The notes under the pieces: model-generated | The model's database searches: none | What the model was told of the DNA's origin: nothing | The model's input: the letters and a program-made list of their open reading frames with translations, nothing else | Assembly (NCBI GenBank): GCA_964016885.1 | Contig: OZ024755.1 | Span: forward strand, 6,758,001 to 6,822,000 | Source of the DNA: Eledone cirrhosa | Lineage: Eukaryota | Length of the DNA: 64,000 nucleotides | Reading direction: 5' to 3' | Made by a program: the position numbers and the translations under genes | Part shown: positions 1-12,427 of the stretch, in pieces | Layout of the letters: each line of letters opens with the position of its first letter | How positions within the stretch are numbered: the stretch's first letter is position 1

Positions 1-160
1 AGGCTTTCAGACAGTTTCTACCTACCAAATTTCATTGACAAGGCATTGGTCATCCTGAGGCTACAGTAGAAGACACTGGTCCAGATACCATTCAGTGAGA
101 TTGAACCTGACACCACATGGTTGTGAAGTGAACTCCTTAACCACACAGCCATGCCTATAC
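1..160 (-). mobile_element. tRNA-derived SINE (family with head GGCATGGCTGTGTGGTTAAG)
   Basis: Reverse complement shows an A-box-like TGGCTGTGTGG, a B-box-like GGTTCAATCTC and a SINE-like body. Confidence 0.7.
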
Positions 161-300
161 CTCCTTAACCCCCTCTCTCAATGTTAGGCCTAATTTCTTC
201 CCCACTGACAAAATATACTCCACTGTTTGAATTATTTGTATACTCTTTGCCAACACAAAACATTATTAGCTTCTTGGACTTGTAAATAGCTATATCTGTA

Positions 301-1280
301 CTTCTTTAACCACACAGCCATGTCTGTACCTCCTTAACCACACAGCCATGCCTGTACCTCCTTAACTACACAGCCATGTCTGTACCTCCTTAACCACACA
401 TCCATATCTGTACCTCCTTAACCACGCAGCCTTGTCTGTACCTCCTTAACCACACAGCCTTGTCTGTACCTCCTTAACCACACAGCCATGTCTGTACCAC
501 CTTAACCACACAGCCATTTCTGTACCACCTTAACCACACAGTCATTTCTGTAGTTATAACCTGACAGCCTTGTCTGTACCTCCTTAACCACACAGCCATG
601 TTTGTACCTCCTTAACCACACAGCCATGTCTGTACCACCTTAACCACACAGCCATGTCTGTACCACCTTAACCACACAGCCATTTCTGTACCACCTTAAC
701 CACACAGCCATTTCTGTACTGTTATAACCTGACAACCTTGTCTGTACCTCCTTAACCACACAGCCATGTTTGTACCTCCTTAACCACACAGCCATGTCTG
801 TACCACCTTAATCACACAGCCATGTCTGTACCACCTTAACCACACAGCCATTTCTGTACTGTTATAACCCGACAGCCTTTTCTGTACCTCCTTAACCACA
901 CAGCCATGTTTGTACCTCCTTAACCACACAGCCATGTCTGTACCACCTTAACCACACAGCCATTTCTGTACCACCTTAACCACACAGCCATTTCTGTACT
1001 GTTATAACCCGACAGCCTTGTCTGTACCTCCTTAACCACACAGCCATGTCTGTACTATCTTAACCACACAGCCATTTCTGTACCTCCTTAACCACACAGC
1101 CATGTCTGTACCACCTTAATCACACAGCCATGTCTGTACCTCCTTAACCACACAGCCATGTTTGTACCTCCTTAACCACACAGCCATGCCTGTACCACCT
1201 TAATCACACAGCCATGTTTGTACCTCCTTAACCACACAGCCATTTCTGTACCACCTTAATCACACAGCCATGTCTGTACC
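301..1280. repeat. 28-bp minisatellite (CTCCTTAACCACACAGCCATGTCTGTAC), about 35 copies
   Basis: Direct periodicity of 28; the unit matches the SINE head at 133-160. Confidence 0.95.
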
Positions 1281-1469
1281 GTAAGAAATTATATTATCTG
1301 TTCACGAGTCAGGAAATAGGTTGAAAAAGAAAAACAAGACTTTCTACAAAAATTGACAGATGTTGAATTGAAGTATAGGATGGTGCCTCAAGTTGGCCAC
1401 AGCCCATTGCCTGAAAATTGATAAAAGAACCCTACAATACAAAAGTTTTTAAAAAAATCATAAACATAC

Positions 1470-1518
1470 CTTCACCATTTTTCAGTGGCTCTAAAAATTT
1501 CTCCCAGTTTATAGAAGA
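1470..1518 (-). CDS. ORC5: ORC5 coding exon 7 (SSINWEKFLEPLKNGE); gene continues beyond the window start
   Basis: 49-nt exon with ccag acceptor and gtatg donor; aligns to ORC5 N..K..EP...GE. Confidence 0.88.
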
Positions 1519-1599
1519 CTGGAAAATATGTAAAGAGATACATACAAAATATTGATACATAATAAATAACAATATAAGCCTATATACATATATATATAC

Positions 1600-1694
<95 letters not shown>

Positions 1695-1825
1695 CAGCTA
1701 GTATTAGTATTGAAACTATTGGTCCTGGTTACAACACATAAGTAAATACAGGAAACAACTGTCTTTATATGGTGTGTTTGAAAAAAAGGTTAAAAACTAT
1801 GACATCTTTGAAATAACATACATAC

Positions 1826-1956
1826 CAAGTGCCGAAGTTCTTTGAGATCTCGGCAAACATAATAGAAGACACTTAAGACCAGATTTATATAAGATTCATA
1901 CAATTCCTTCGGATATTCATTTGGAGAGTCAAGAGACATAATTTCCAGGATCTCTT
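1826..1956 (-). CDS. ORC5: ORC5 coding exon 6 (EEILEIMSLDSPNEYPKELYESYINLVLSVFYYVCRDLKELRHL)
   Basis: YIN..L.VFY.VCRDLKELRHL motif; phase matches exon 5; AG/GT boundaries. Confidence 0.95.
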
Positions 1957-2068
1957 CTGTGGAAGTAAAAAGACAAATTCTAGATCTAGAAGTTGGTGGT
2001 AATCATTAGATATTTTATACTGAATTAATATATAAAGAGCAGAGGTCCCTAAAATTAGTCCAATCTAA

Positions 2069-2483
2069 TTAAACCTTTAGCATTTACATTACTGTCAATG
2101 TGGTTCCCCCACACTGTCAATGTGGTTGGCGTTAGGAAGGGCATCCAGACATAGAAAACAAGCCAGAAACACCCCTATATGACTGAGATACGGTCCTCCG
2201 ACACAACTTACCTCAAAATAGGACACGTCTCACCCATGCTAGCATGGAAGATGGACGTTAATCGATGATGATGATGATTACTCTATATTTACTATTGTAT
2301 TTTCCTGGTAAACACTTTATTTCACCTAATTATCTCACACAATATTGAATCTATGAGATTTTGATATTATTTATTTTGAGAACAATACCTTAACATAAGT
2401 ATGAGCAGCCAGTTACAGCCGATTTGAAGATAAAAAGGTGAGATCCTGGCCGGATACGGCCAGTTTAAATGCGAAAGGGTTAA
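2069..2483. mobile_element. piggyBac-like MITE (TTAA-bounded, CCTTTAGCATTTA TIR) with a nested SINE/RTE tail at about 2093-2278
   Basis: Ends TTAAACCTTTAGCATTTA ... TAAATGCGAAAGGGTTAA; body homologous to 13240-13799 and 27989-28845. Confidence 0.7.
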
Positions 2484-2497
2484 ATATGGAAACATAC

Positions 2498-2609
2498 CTT
2501 TTGAATAATCAGGGAAATGAATGATATATGGTTCACAAATTCCAGTGTTGCAACGAAACTTTTCCCAAATAATTTCAGTTAGAAGAATAACAGAAATATT
2601 CAGGTTAGT
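2498..2609 (-). CDS. ORC5: ORC5 coding exon 5 (TNLNISVILLTEIIWEKFRCNTGICEPYIIHFPDYSK)
   Basis: EI.WEKFR.NTG..EP....FPDYS ORC5 motif; AG/GT boundaries; 112 nt, ends phase 1. Confidence 0.95.
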
Positions 2610-2621
2610 CTGAAAGGAAGA

Positions 2622-3000
2622 TAGACATGTAGAAGATTTAATATAATATTTAGACAACAATTTAGACATGTAGGACATTTGATATAATATTTAGACAACA
2701 ATATAAACATGTAGAAGATTTAATATAATATTTAGACATTTTAGACATGTAGAGAATTTGATATAATATTTAGACAGGTAGGATATTTGATATAATATTT
2801 AGACATTTTAGACATGTAGAGAATTTGATATAATATTTAAACAGTTTAGACAAGTAGGATATTTGATATAATATTTAGACATTTTAAACATGTAGAGAAT
2901 TTGATATAATATTTAGACATTTTAGACATGCAAAGAATTTGATATAATATTTAGACAGTTTAGACAAGTAGGATATTTGATATAATATTTAGACAACAAG
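2622..3000. repeat. Degenerate ~37-40-bp tandem repeat (GACATGTAGAGAATTTGATATAATATTTA...)
   Basis: Repeated TTTGATATAATATTTAGACA blocks in an ORC5 intron. Confidence 0.85.
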
Positions 3001-3079
3001 ATAGACACAGATGATTCAGTGTAAAACTTAGACAAGATAGACACACTGATTTTTCAAATATGATATTGAAATTAAATAC

Positions 3080-3154
3080 CAATTCCTGTAGTTTTAGCAA
3101 TCCTGATAAAATGTGAGAATCCATTTGGCGTAGTTTCTCAGCTTTGTCAAGAAC
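3080..3154 (-). CDS. ORC5: ORC5 coding exon 4 (VLDKAEKLRQMDSHILSGLLKLQEL)
   Basis: Walker-B-like VLDKAE and LQEL motifs; AG/GT boundaries; 75 nt. Confidence 0.95.
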
Positions 3155-3389
3155 CTGCAACAGATAACAAACTAATGAACTACAATTTGATCAACACATA
3201 CCAATTAAAATAGACTAATTTTAATATTAAAGTTATATAGATAGTTATCATCCTTTTATCTTTTCTTTCTATGTTGTCAGGGGTTGGACAGGTGATTACT
3301 GGCTAAGACTGTACATGAGTGTTTGTGCATGTATATATATATATATATACATGAGTGTTTGTGCATGTATATATATATATAAATACATA

Positions 3390-3778
3390 ATAAAACCTAC
3401 TACAGCCAGTAGGCATCTAACAAAATACCCCCCCCCCCCCCGTCCCACCACCCCCAACCCATCCACGCCACCCCGTTCTATGTAAAGTTGTGATGGTGCC
3501 ACACCATCCAGGCCGAAACAAATGAGATCGTGTAGGTGTCACGACAAAAAAACACACAGTCCACGCTGTAATGTGGCCGTGTAGGCAACACGGTAAAAAC
3601 CTCCCAGACCCACACTGTAAATGTGGTTGGTGTTAGGAAGGGCATCCAACTGTAGAAAACCTGCCAGACAGTCCTATGCGAGCAAGACAATCACTCTTGC
3701 CTCAAGTGGGACTACCCCCGTCCAAACCCATGCAAGCGTGGAACACGGACGTTAAACGGTGATGATGATGATGATGAT
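3390..3778 (+). mobile_element. 3' UTR of an RTE-clade LINE ending in (GAT)n; related copies at about 8440-8708, 10120-10446, 11040-11470, 12575-12705(-), 15340-15682, 25275-25445
   Basis: The same sequence directly follows the RTE ORF2 stop at 14909 and the RTE tail at 18697-18755; (GAT)n tail. Confidence 0.8.
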
Positions 3779-3789
3779 ATATATATATA

Positions 3790-4065
3790 TAGAAAGTGAA
3801 CAACACAAAATATAACTACTCCATTACCAAAGGTTTCTGGATCACAGCCGATAATAATATACGCCTGGATCAGTCGTCAGATAGAGATGTTATGGATATG
3901 AAATGTTATGGATATGAAATGAAATTTTAAATTTTAAAATTTCATTTCATATTATTTATCCATAACATCTCTATCTGACGACTGATCCAGACGTATATTA
4001 TTATCGTCTGTGATCCAGAAACCTTTGGTAATGGAGTAGTTATATTTTGTGTTGTTCACTTTCTA
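3790..4065. repeat. Long near-perfect palindrome (foldback)
   Basis: Arms TAGAAAGTGAACAACAC... and ...GTGTTGTTCACTTTCTA pair over more than 100 bp with few mismatches. Confidence 0.92.
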
Positions 4066-4130
4066 ATTAAATAGCTCTGTTCTATACATAGAGCACTCTT
4101 TTTTCCTTTACTTTTCCTTTAGAATTACAT

Positions 4131-4199
<69 letters not shown>

Positions 4200-4238
4200 C
4201 ACATACATTGAGGAATTAGATCAATTTAATGGCAGAGG

Positions 4239-4321
<83 letters not shown>

Positions 4322-4907
4322 TACTGTTAATGCGGTTGGTGTTAGGAAGCACATAATTTTATTTAAGTAATGTTTCAAACCTTAAATGATGGCTACTTAA
4401 TTAAATTCTTCAAATCATCAAAATTAATAGATACACAGAGACAATGTATTTTGTTGGAAACACAATAACAAAATGGTTATAGCATCCTTGAGCAAGACCT
4501 GCCAACAATCTAAAACAAAAAGGGTAAAGACCCCTTTCGGTCACAAATGACCATGGGTTTTACACCAAGAAAATTCTCCTCTAAGGCACAAGACCGGGCA
4601 AAGTGTTTTGTGAAAGACTAACAGTCATCCATAAATACCAGCCTACCCTCTCCACACCACTGATGTTAGCCAAAGGAAAGGCAAAGGTCTTGGCACCAGT
4701 GACAAGGCAACTCATTTCTACAGCAGAGTTTACTGGAGAAACATGAAATGAAGTATCTTGCTCAAGAATACAATACATCGCATGGTCTGGGAATCAGACT
4801 CACAGCCTGATGATTGTGAGCCAAACTCTCTAACTACTAAACTACCTTCACAGTAACCTACAACTGTATATATTACTAACCCCCACCTCACTCCAAACAA
4901 ACTATAG

Positions 4908-5120
4908 GATTGGCAGTAATCGGTAGAGCGTCGGACACCATGCTCTGTGGCATAGAGTTATGGCCCTTTACGTTCTGGGTTCAAATCCCGCCGAGGTTAG
5001 CTTTGCCTTTCATCCTCATAGAGTCGATGAAATAAAGTACCAGTAATGCACTGGAGTTGATTTAATGGACTTTCCCCACCCCAAAAAATGTGTTAGCCTT
5101 GTGCCTAAATCAGAAACCAT
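4908..5120 (+). mobile_element. tRNA-derived SINE with core GCCTTTCATCCTTACGGGGTCGATAAAATAAAGTACC; many copies (e.g. 19749-19920, 23070-23362, 33845-33960, 34466-34645, 50780-50945, 51599-51786, 57160-57342, 58405-58597)
   Basis: A-box TGGCAGTA.TCGGTAGAG, B-box GGTTCAAATCC, recurring body in both orientations. Confidence 0.85.
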
Positions 5121-5355
5121 TACATAAACCAAGCATGTCAAACTGAGGGTACCCCGAGGTCCACATGGGTCACATATGTGTTGTCTGAGGGCCACATATG
5201 GCAACTAATTGCTCACATTACAACTAATTTTACAAAGATAAAAGATGCTTGCATTGTAAAACCCTTTGTGCGGGCCATAGGTGTGCTTGTAAAGGGCTGC
5301 ATGTTTGACATGCCTGATATAAACCATATCTGAAAATATTTAAAGCAATTCTTAC

Positions 5356-5559
5356 AATGTAAACAGTTTCATCAGAATGTCCAAGTTCTTGTACTGCGAC
5401 AGGTAATAAGCGGCAAAAGTCATTGAGATTGTCACATTTAGTATATTCATTATATTTACGACTGTCTTCATTTTCTTTGCTGTTTAATTTTATGAGAATT
5501 TGCTCATAGAGAACTTTGGCACTGTAGCATTCTATACAGTTGATCCATACCACTTTACA
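5356..5559 (-). CDS. ORC5: ORC5 coding exon 3 (CKVVWINCIECYSAKVLYEQIL...ETVYI)
   Basis: NC.EC...L.EQIL, CD..NDF.RL and TVYI motifs; ttacag acceptor, gtaag donor; 204 nt. Confidence 0.93.
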
Positions 5560-6265
5560 CTGTAAAACAAATAGACAAAGAGACAAATAACAACGTATAC
5601 AAGACCTGAGTTCCCACAGGTACAAGCTGAAGCTGAAGCATATAGACAATATACACCACCACCACCCCCCCTATGCCCTTCCCTTGGTCGTGTAGGCACC
5701 ACGTTAAAAAAGCACCCAGCACTCACTGTAAATGAGGTTGGTGCTAGGAAGGGAATCCAGCCGTAGAAACTGAGCCAAAATCAGTTCTGCGAGCAAGACA
5801 TGGTCACTTGACCTGGAATTGCCCACAACAGGACAACCTGTCTAACCCATGCTAACATAGAAACATTGACGTAAAACGGTGATGATGATGATGATGACAA
5901 TTAACCCACGCAACTTTACACTGTAAAAAACAGAGGTTCTCAGACTTTTGGGGCCACTGCTCCCCACCTCACAGCCACATAATACCCCCAGCAACCCCTA
6001 ACCCTATTTCCAGAAAGACTTACCTACATCCAAATTGTAAATAATATATAATAAATAAAATCATTAATTTATATATAATTGTTTCTACTTTTCTTTAATT
6101 GTTTCTACTTTTAATTTATATATAATAAATATAATATATACTATGTATAAATAAATATTATATATTTTTTATTTTACTATATTTATATATAATATAATCA
6201 TTTGATATTTAATATACTATTATATCATCTCTACTGCCACCCCCTAGACTTTCTCAACACCACCC

Positions 6266-6600
6266 AGCTAACAACTGATGCAGGTAGTTTGTTCCATGGA
6301 GGTTTTAACGGATACAGCGTCCCAACAGCTAACAACTGATGCAGGTAGTTTGTTCCATGGAGGTTTTAACGGATACAGTCTCCCGACAGCTAACAACTGA
6401 TGCAGGTAGTTTGTTCCATGCTTCAGCAACTCTGAGCAGGAAAAAATATTTCCGAAAGTCATGGGAGTTGTGCTGTTTTCTGACTTTGTAGGCATGCCAA
6501 CAGGTGTTAGACACATGGAATTCAAAAAGATGCTCAGGGTTGTTGTTAGCAAGATGGGTAATAATTTTGTGGGTGTTTACCAAGTCAGTTGCCAGACAAC
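6266..6600 (-). mobile_element. CR1-clade LINE ORF2 C-terminal fragment
   Basis: FF.LRVAEAWNKLP..VV and T..H.YK motifs; homologous to 41380-41826; contains an internal ~60-bp duplication. Confidence 0.85.
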
Positions 6601-6768
6601 TTGAACCATACCACTTTACACTGTAAAACAAAGACTGTTATACAAAAAATAAAGTTATAAACATCATCATTATCATCATCATAACCATGTGATTGTGATA
6701 ATTTCTGAAGTCAATAGAAATAAAAGTTGTTATGGCAATAAATAGAGGAGGTTAGTTGAGATACTGAC

Positions 6769-6861
6769 CTGTAACTCTTGCAGAATAGTACTGGTCACTA
6801 GTGTTTTACCGGTCCCTGTATGGCCATAGATGAACAATGATGGAGGTAAGAGTTGAAACAT
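6769..6861 (-). CDS. ORC5: ORC5 coding exon 2 with Walker A (MFQLLPPSLFIYGHTGTGKTLVTSTILQELQ)
   Basis: PSLFIYGHTGTGKT P-loop typical of ORC5; ttcag acceptor and gtcagt donor; 93 nt, phase 0. Confidence 0.95.
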
Positions 6862-6974
6862 CTGAAATATAAGAAATCGCACAAAATGAAATATTGTGAA
6901 GTATTTAGCAGATTGGTTTTGTATGGGGGTGGGAGGGATAGAAGGGGAAACTAATATTAACATCCTGTCCCCCT

Positions 6975-7635
6975 ACTTACACTCAGTATAGACATCTATT
7001 ACCTACAGACATCTGTCACCTACAAACACTCAGTATAGACATGTGTCACCTACAGACACTCAGTATATACATCTGTCACCTACAGACACTCAGTATAGAC
7101 ATCTGTCCACCTACAGACACTCAGTATAGACATGTGTCACCTACAGACACTCAGTATAGACATCTGTCACCTACAGACACTCAGTATAGACATCTGTACA
7201 CCTACAGACACTCAGTATAGACATGTGTCACCTACAGACACTCAGTATATACATCTGTCACCTACAGACACTCAGTATAGACATCTGTTCACCTACAGAC
7301 ACTCAGTATAGACATGTGTCACCTACAGACACTCAGTATATACATCTGTCACCTACAGACACTCAGTATAGACATCTGTCCACCTACAGACACTCAGTAT
7401 AGACATATATCCACCTACAGACACTCAATATATACATCTGACACCTACAGACAATATGTATAAACATGTCACCTACAGACACTCAGTATAGATATATGTT
7501 ACCTACAGACATCTGTTACCTACAGACACTCAGTGTAGACATCTGTCACCTACAGACACTCAGTATAGACATGTGTCACCTACAGACATCTGTCACCTAT
7601 AGACACTCAGTATAGACATATGTCTGCCTACAGAC
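6975..7635. repeat. ~30-bp minisatellite (GACATCTGTCACCTACAGACACTCAGTATA)
   Basis: Direct tandem periodicity. Confidence 0.92.
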
Positions 7636-7649
7636 AGTAGGGAAGGGCA

Positions 7650-7960
7650 GCCCTTCCCTTCTCTACAGGTGATCATGGGCTCTGCCCTTCTCTACAGATG
7701 GTCATGCGTGCTGCCCTTCCCTACAGATGGTCATGGGCCCTTCCCTTCCCTGCAGATGATCATGGGCCCTGCCCTTCTCTACAGATGGTCATGCATGCTG
7801 CCCTTCCCTACAGATGGTCATGGGCCCTGTCCTTCCCTACAGATGATCATGGGCCCTGTCCCTCTCTACAGATGGTCATGGGACCTGTCCCTCTCTACAG
7901 ATGGTCATGGGCCCTTCCCTTCAATACAGATGGTCATGCATGCTGCCCTTCCCTACAGAA
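7650..7960. repeat. 29-bp minisatellite (CCTTCCCTACAGATGGTCATGGGCCCTG-type)
   Basis: Direct tandem periodicity; explains the repetitive ORFs at 7669-7989. Confidence 0.9.
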
Positions 7961-8894
7961 TTATCTCTGAAGACAGCCATGAGTGTTGACCTTCCATCCT
8001 TGACTAAACAGTGTAATAAAATAACTAAAATGATTCACCAAAAGTCATTCTTTATAAAATTAACAAATAAATAAAACTTCTTACCTACCTTTTGTATATA
8101 ACAGGCTGGCCAACATTATTGAAATAATGCTATATTTTAACTTCTCATCATAAAAATTCTATTTTAATACCTGCCTATCTTGTTATTCATTCCAACTTAT
8201 GTAACAAATGCTGTCAACTCGAAGTAACCCCACCCTTTGAAAAATAGTATGTATGTGTCTATATATATATAACTTTATTTGATATACACAGTGAACAAGA
8301 ACAATGCACATATACAATGCTAATACACCCAGACATATATACACACACAATCACCAACTATGTATGCACCACTCCAACACATATGCACAGACACACTCAC
8401 AAGCAGAATTAGATACAATGTCCAAATAAATGAGATGATCGAGATCGAGACCGTGTAGGTGTCATGACAAAAAAACACAGTCCACGCTGTAATGTGGCCG
8501 TGGAGGTAACACGGTAAAAAGTTCCCAGTTCCACACTGTAAATGTGATTGGTGTTAGGAAGGGCATCTAGCCGTAGAAAACCTGCCAGATAGTCCTATAC
8601 AAACGAGACACGGTCACCCCACCAACCTTGCTTCAAGTGGGACAACTCCCATCTAACCCATGCTAGCAAGGAAGATGGACGTTAAACGAAGATGATGATG
8701 ATGATGACAGACATACACAAGTAGAATTAGATACACACACACACACACATGTCCCTTTTTATCTCTTATCTATGGACTCCATCCTTGTGTTATTTTTACT
8801 CTCTGAACCTTATCTTTATATTCTTGTACTCTTGATGAAGGACTAATGTCCGATATGTCAAACTATACTTCTTCCCTTTTTCAAGCGTGATTCT

Positions 8895-9112
8895 AATAAA
8901 GCACTGCATCCTTTAAAACCTCCATGCTTCCTGAAATTCGCCAACACTACACCTGATATCCCACCTCAATATACACGCAGAAATGTATATCATGACTCAT
9001 ACATTGTTCACTTTCCTGACATTTGTACATTATTCTATGTACTATACATGCACCTTTGATGATTTGTAGTGCACCTGAGCACTGTACACAATAATTTCGT
9101 TATTTCTTATTA
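8895..9112 (+). mobile_element. CR1-clade LINE 3' end with (ATT)n-like tail
   Basis: Matches the ORF2 end and 3'UTR at 41770-42120. Confidence 0.8.
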
Positions 9113-9381
9113 TTTTAAGACGACGTTTGTTGTATCTTTACAGGGTCCTGACTCTTTATAATATAACCATACTCTACTACTCCAAATATCAAGTACTCTG
9201 GTCTAATTAGTTTTAAACTGGTTTTATCCTGATTTATACATAACTTACACACCACCACCACCAGCACAACTTACCCACCACCACCACCACGACCAGCACA
9301 ACTTACCCACCATCACCCTATCCCACACACACACACACACACACCATTACCACTACTGCTCCCAACACTGTTTTACTTTAC

Positions 9382-9471
9382 CTTTCCAAAGAGACTGACA
9401 AGGAGTTTGATTTGTTTGGCACGACATGGTAGAATTTGCTGAAGTTTGGTGACAGAATCAAGCAATGGCAT
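9382..9471 (-). CDS. ORC5: ORC5 coding exon 1 (MPLLDSVTKLQQILPCRAKQIKLLVSLFGK)
   Basis: Manual translation resembles the ORC5 N-terminus (CR..Q...L.SLFG); GT donor at 9381-9380; an acceptor AG at 9511-9510 implies an upstream 5'UTR exon. Confidence 0.9.
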
Positions 9472-10073
9472 CCTGTTAAAATATCAGAGATCTGACCAAA
9501 GCTGGAACCCTGAAAAATAGAATTAATTCTTTCGTTATCATATTTCTAATAAAATAAATTGCATTTGAAATAATTAATATATACACCTTAATAATTGAAA
9601 GAATTCCTTTGGCAATGAATGATGAATAATATATATATATTATATATATATATTATATATATTCTTTTACCTGTTTCAGCCATCCGGCTGAGGCCATGCA
9701 TATATTATATATATATATTATATATACATGATGGCTGCAAACTCTGCTAAGAGTACTGAAATCACTTGTCAGATTATAGAGTTTGCTGCACTTTTAGGCT
9801 ATGGCCAGCCACACAAACCTGTAACATACCCTGAACAAGCAATGCCTATTCTTTGAAGATTTTTCAAGTGGGGTAGGGCTTGCACTTGACCAATCCCACT
9901 CTCTGAGCATCAAAAAACACTACCCGAAAAGGAGAACTGGTCAACATCATCGGGTTCTTCCAAAGCCGCAGGTTTTTTTTTTCTGCGTTTCCATCTCCTA
10001 CAAAGGTGCTGTGATAACAACTGGGGGCCTTTCACTCCCAGGTGAAAAAAAAAAAATACTATTTGGATGGCCG

Positions 10074-10118
<45 letters not shown>

Positions 10119-10948
10119 CCACCCCCACCCCATCCACGCCACCCCGTTCTATGTAAAGTTGTGTTGGTGCCACACCATCCAGGCCGAAACAAATGAGATT
10201 GTGTAGGTGTCACGACAAAAAAACACACAGTCCACGCTGTAATGTGGCCGTGTAGGCAACACGGTAAAAACCTCCCAGACCCACACTGTAAATGTGGTTG
10301 GTGTTAGGAAGGGCATCCAGCTGTAGAAAACCCGCCAGACAGTCCTATGCGAGCAAGACAATCACTCTTGCCTCAAGTGGGAAAACCCCCGTCCAAACCC
10401 ATGCAAGCGTGGAACACGGACGTTAAACGTTGATGATGATGATGATATATATATATACATATATATATACATATAGGAAAAGAGTCAGCCGGTTTAGTTC
10501 GGATCTAGCTGTCGAGGGATCAGCCGTCGGGGTCCTGACTCTTTTCCTATATATATATATAATATATATATCAATGATATTAATAAATTGAAACTTTGGT
10601 ATGCTCTCATCAGATAAAATACAAAGTTTATTTTATAAATATTGACATATCCAGGAACGAGACCTTAACAGTTCAAATTTTTCAGGAAAACCTTGATCCA
10701 TTAAGATCCCGCTCCTGGATATGTCAATATTTATAAAACAAACTTTATATTTTATCTGATGAGAGCATACCAAAGATGTGGTACCCTTGAAATATATATA
10801 ATAGAATAAATATGGTTTTATAAATATAGTTTCCATTTATTAAAATCATTGATATTATACTCCAGAAAACTTGTTGAGTGCTTTGAATCAGTTATAAATA
10901 TATATATTTGTTGAATTACCAACAAATTAATTCCGACGGAATTACTTC

Positions 10949-11002
<54 letters not shown>

Positions 11003-11491
11003 GTTTACATATACATAAAGTCATAGATATATATGTGGCAATACCCCCGTCCCACCACCTCCACCCCATCCACACCGCCCCTTTCAATGTAAAGTTATGT
11101 TGGTCCCACAACATCCAGGCCAAAACAAATGAGATCGTGTAGGTGTCACGACAAAAAAACACACAGTCCACGCTGTAAATGTGGCCGTGTAGGCAACACT
11201 GTAAATGTGGTTGGTGTTAGGAAGGGCATCCAGCTGTAGAAAACCCGCCAGACAGTCCACGCTGTAATGTGGCCGTGTAGGCAACACGGTAAAAACCTCC
11301 CAGCCCCACACTGTAAATGTGGTTGGTGTTAGGAAGGGCATCCAGCTGTAGAAAACCCGCCAGACAGTCCTATGCAAGCAAGACAACCACTCTTGCCTCA
11401 AGTGGGAAAACCCCCGTCCAAACCCATGCAAGCGTGGAACACGGACGCTAAACCCGATGATGATGATGATAATACATATATATATATATAT

Positions 11492-11678
11492 TGAAGGAAG
11501 ACGTAGTAGAGGAAGACCACGAAAAACATGGGCAGAGGTGGTGAGAGCAGACCTCAGATCGCTGAGGCTCACGGAGGAGATGACGAAGAACCGTGATGAG
11601 TGGAGAGATGCTGTGCTGAATAGGACCTGTCCCACCCTTGCAAGCAGGGAAAAGCGGGCGTAAAATGATGATGATGAT
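11492..11678 (+). mobile_element. RTE-clade LINE 3' end, second subfamily (GRRSRGRPRKTW...; tail CCCACCCTTGCAAGCAGGGAAAAGCGG(GAT)n)
   Basis: GRP.KTW...V..DL motif; homologous to 28180-28405. Confidence 0.85.
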
Positions 11679-11964
11679 ATACATATATACTTCTACTAAA
11701 CTGCCAACATCATCTCACCAATAACATTTCCACATTCTATCTCTACCTGCAATGTTTCTTCTCTTCTTTAAATATTTTAACATTCCATTCTATTGAGACA
11801 CTATTGTACCTCATGTATACACAGGTAGCATTGTATTGTACAAACCCACTCATACACACACGTATATACATACATAGACACAAACTGATGCATAACATCA
11901 TACATACATACACACCTTCATACAAATATATTGTTGTAAACCTCTTACATACATGTATACATAC

Positions 11965-12048
<84 letters not shown>

Positions 12049-12381
12049 ATGTATTATGTATACATACATGTAACATATATATATATATATGTATTATGTA
12101 TACATACATGTATACATATATATATACATATATATATATGTATGTATTATGTATACATACATGTATATACATATATATATATATATACATGTATTCATAC
12201 ATACATACATATATATACATATATATATATATATACATGTATTCATACATACATACATATATATACATATATATATATATATACATGTATTCATACATAC
12301 ATACATATATATATACATATACATATATATACATGTATTCATACATATATATATATATACATATACATATATATACATGTA

Positions 12382-12427
<46 letters not shown>

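Noticed and set aside
3478-3690. Recurrent ~70-aa ORF (SCSHRTVWQVFYSWMPFLTPTTFTVW) as a multigene family
   Set aside because: It is the antisense reading of the RTE 3'UTR repeat, with non-ATG starts and frameshifts among copies.
4908-4995. tRNA genes at SINE heads
   Set aside because: A/B boxes are present but there is no complete cloverleaf, and each is followed by a SINE body.
9730-10045. Non-repetitive, higher-GC segment upstream of ORC5 as a possible exon
   Set aside because: The frames I translated contain stops and no recognisable motif; probably an old TE fragment that I could not classify.
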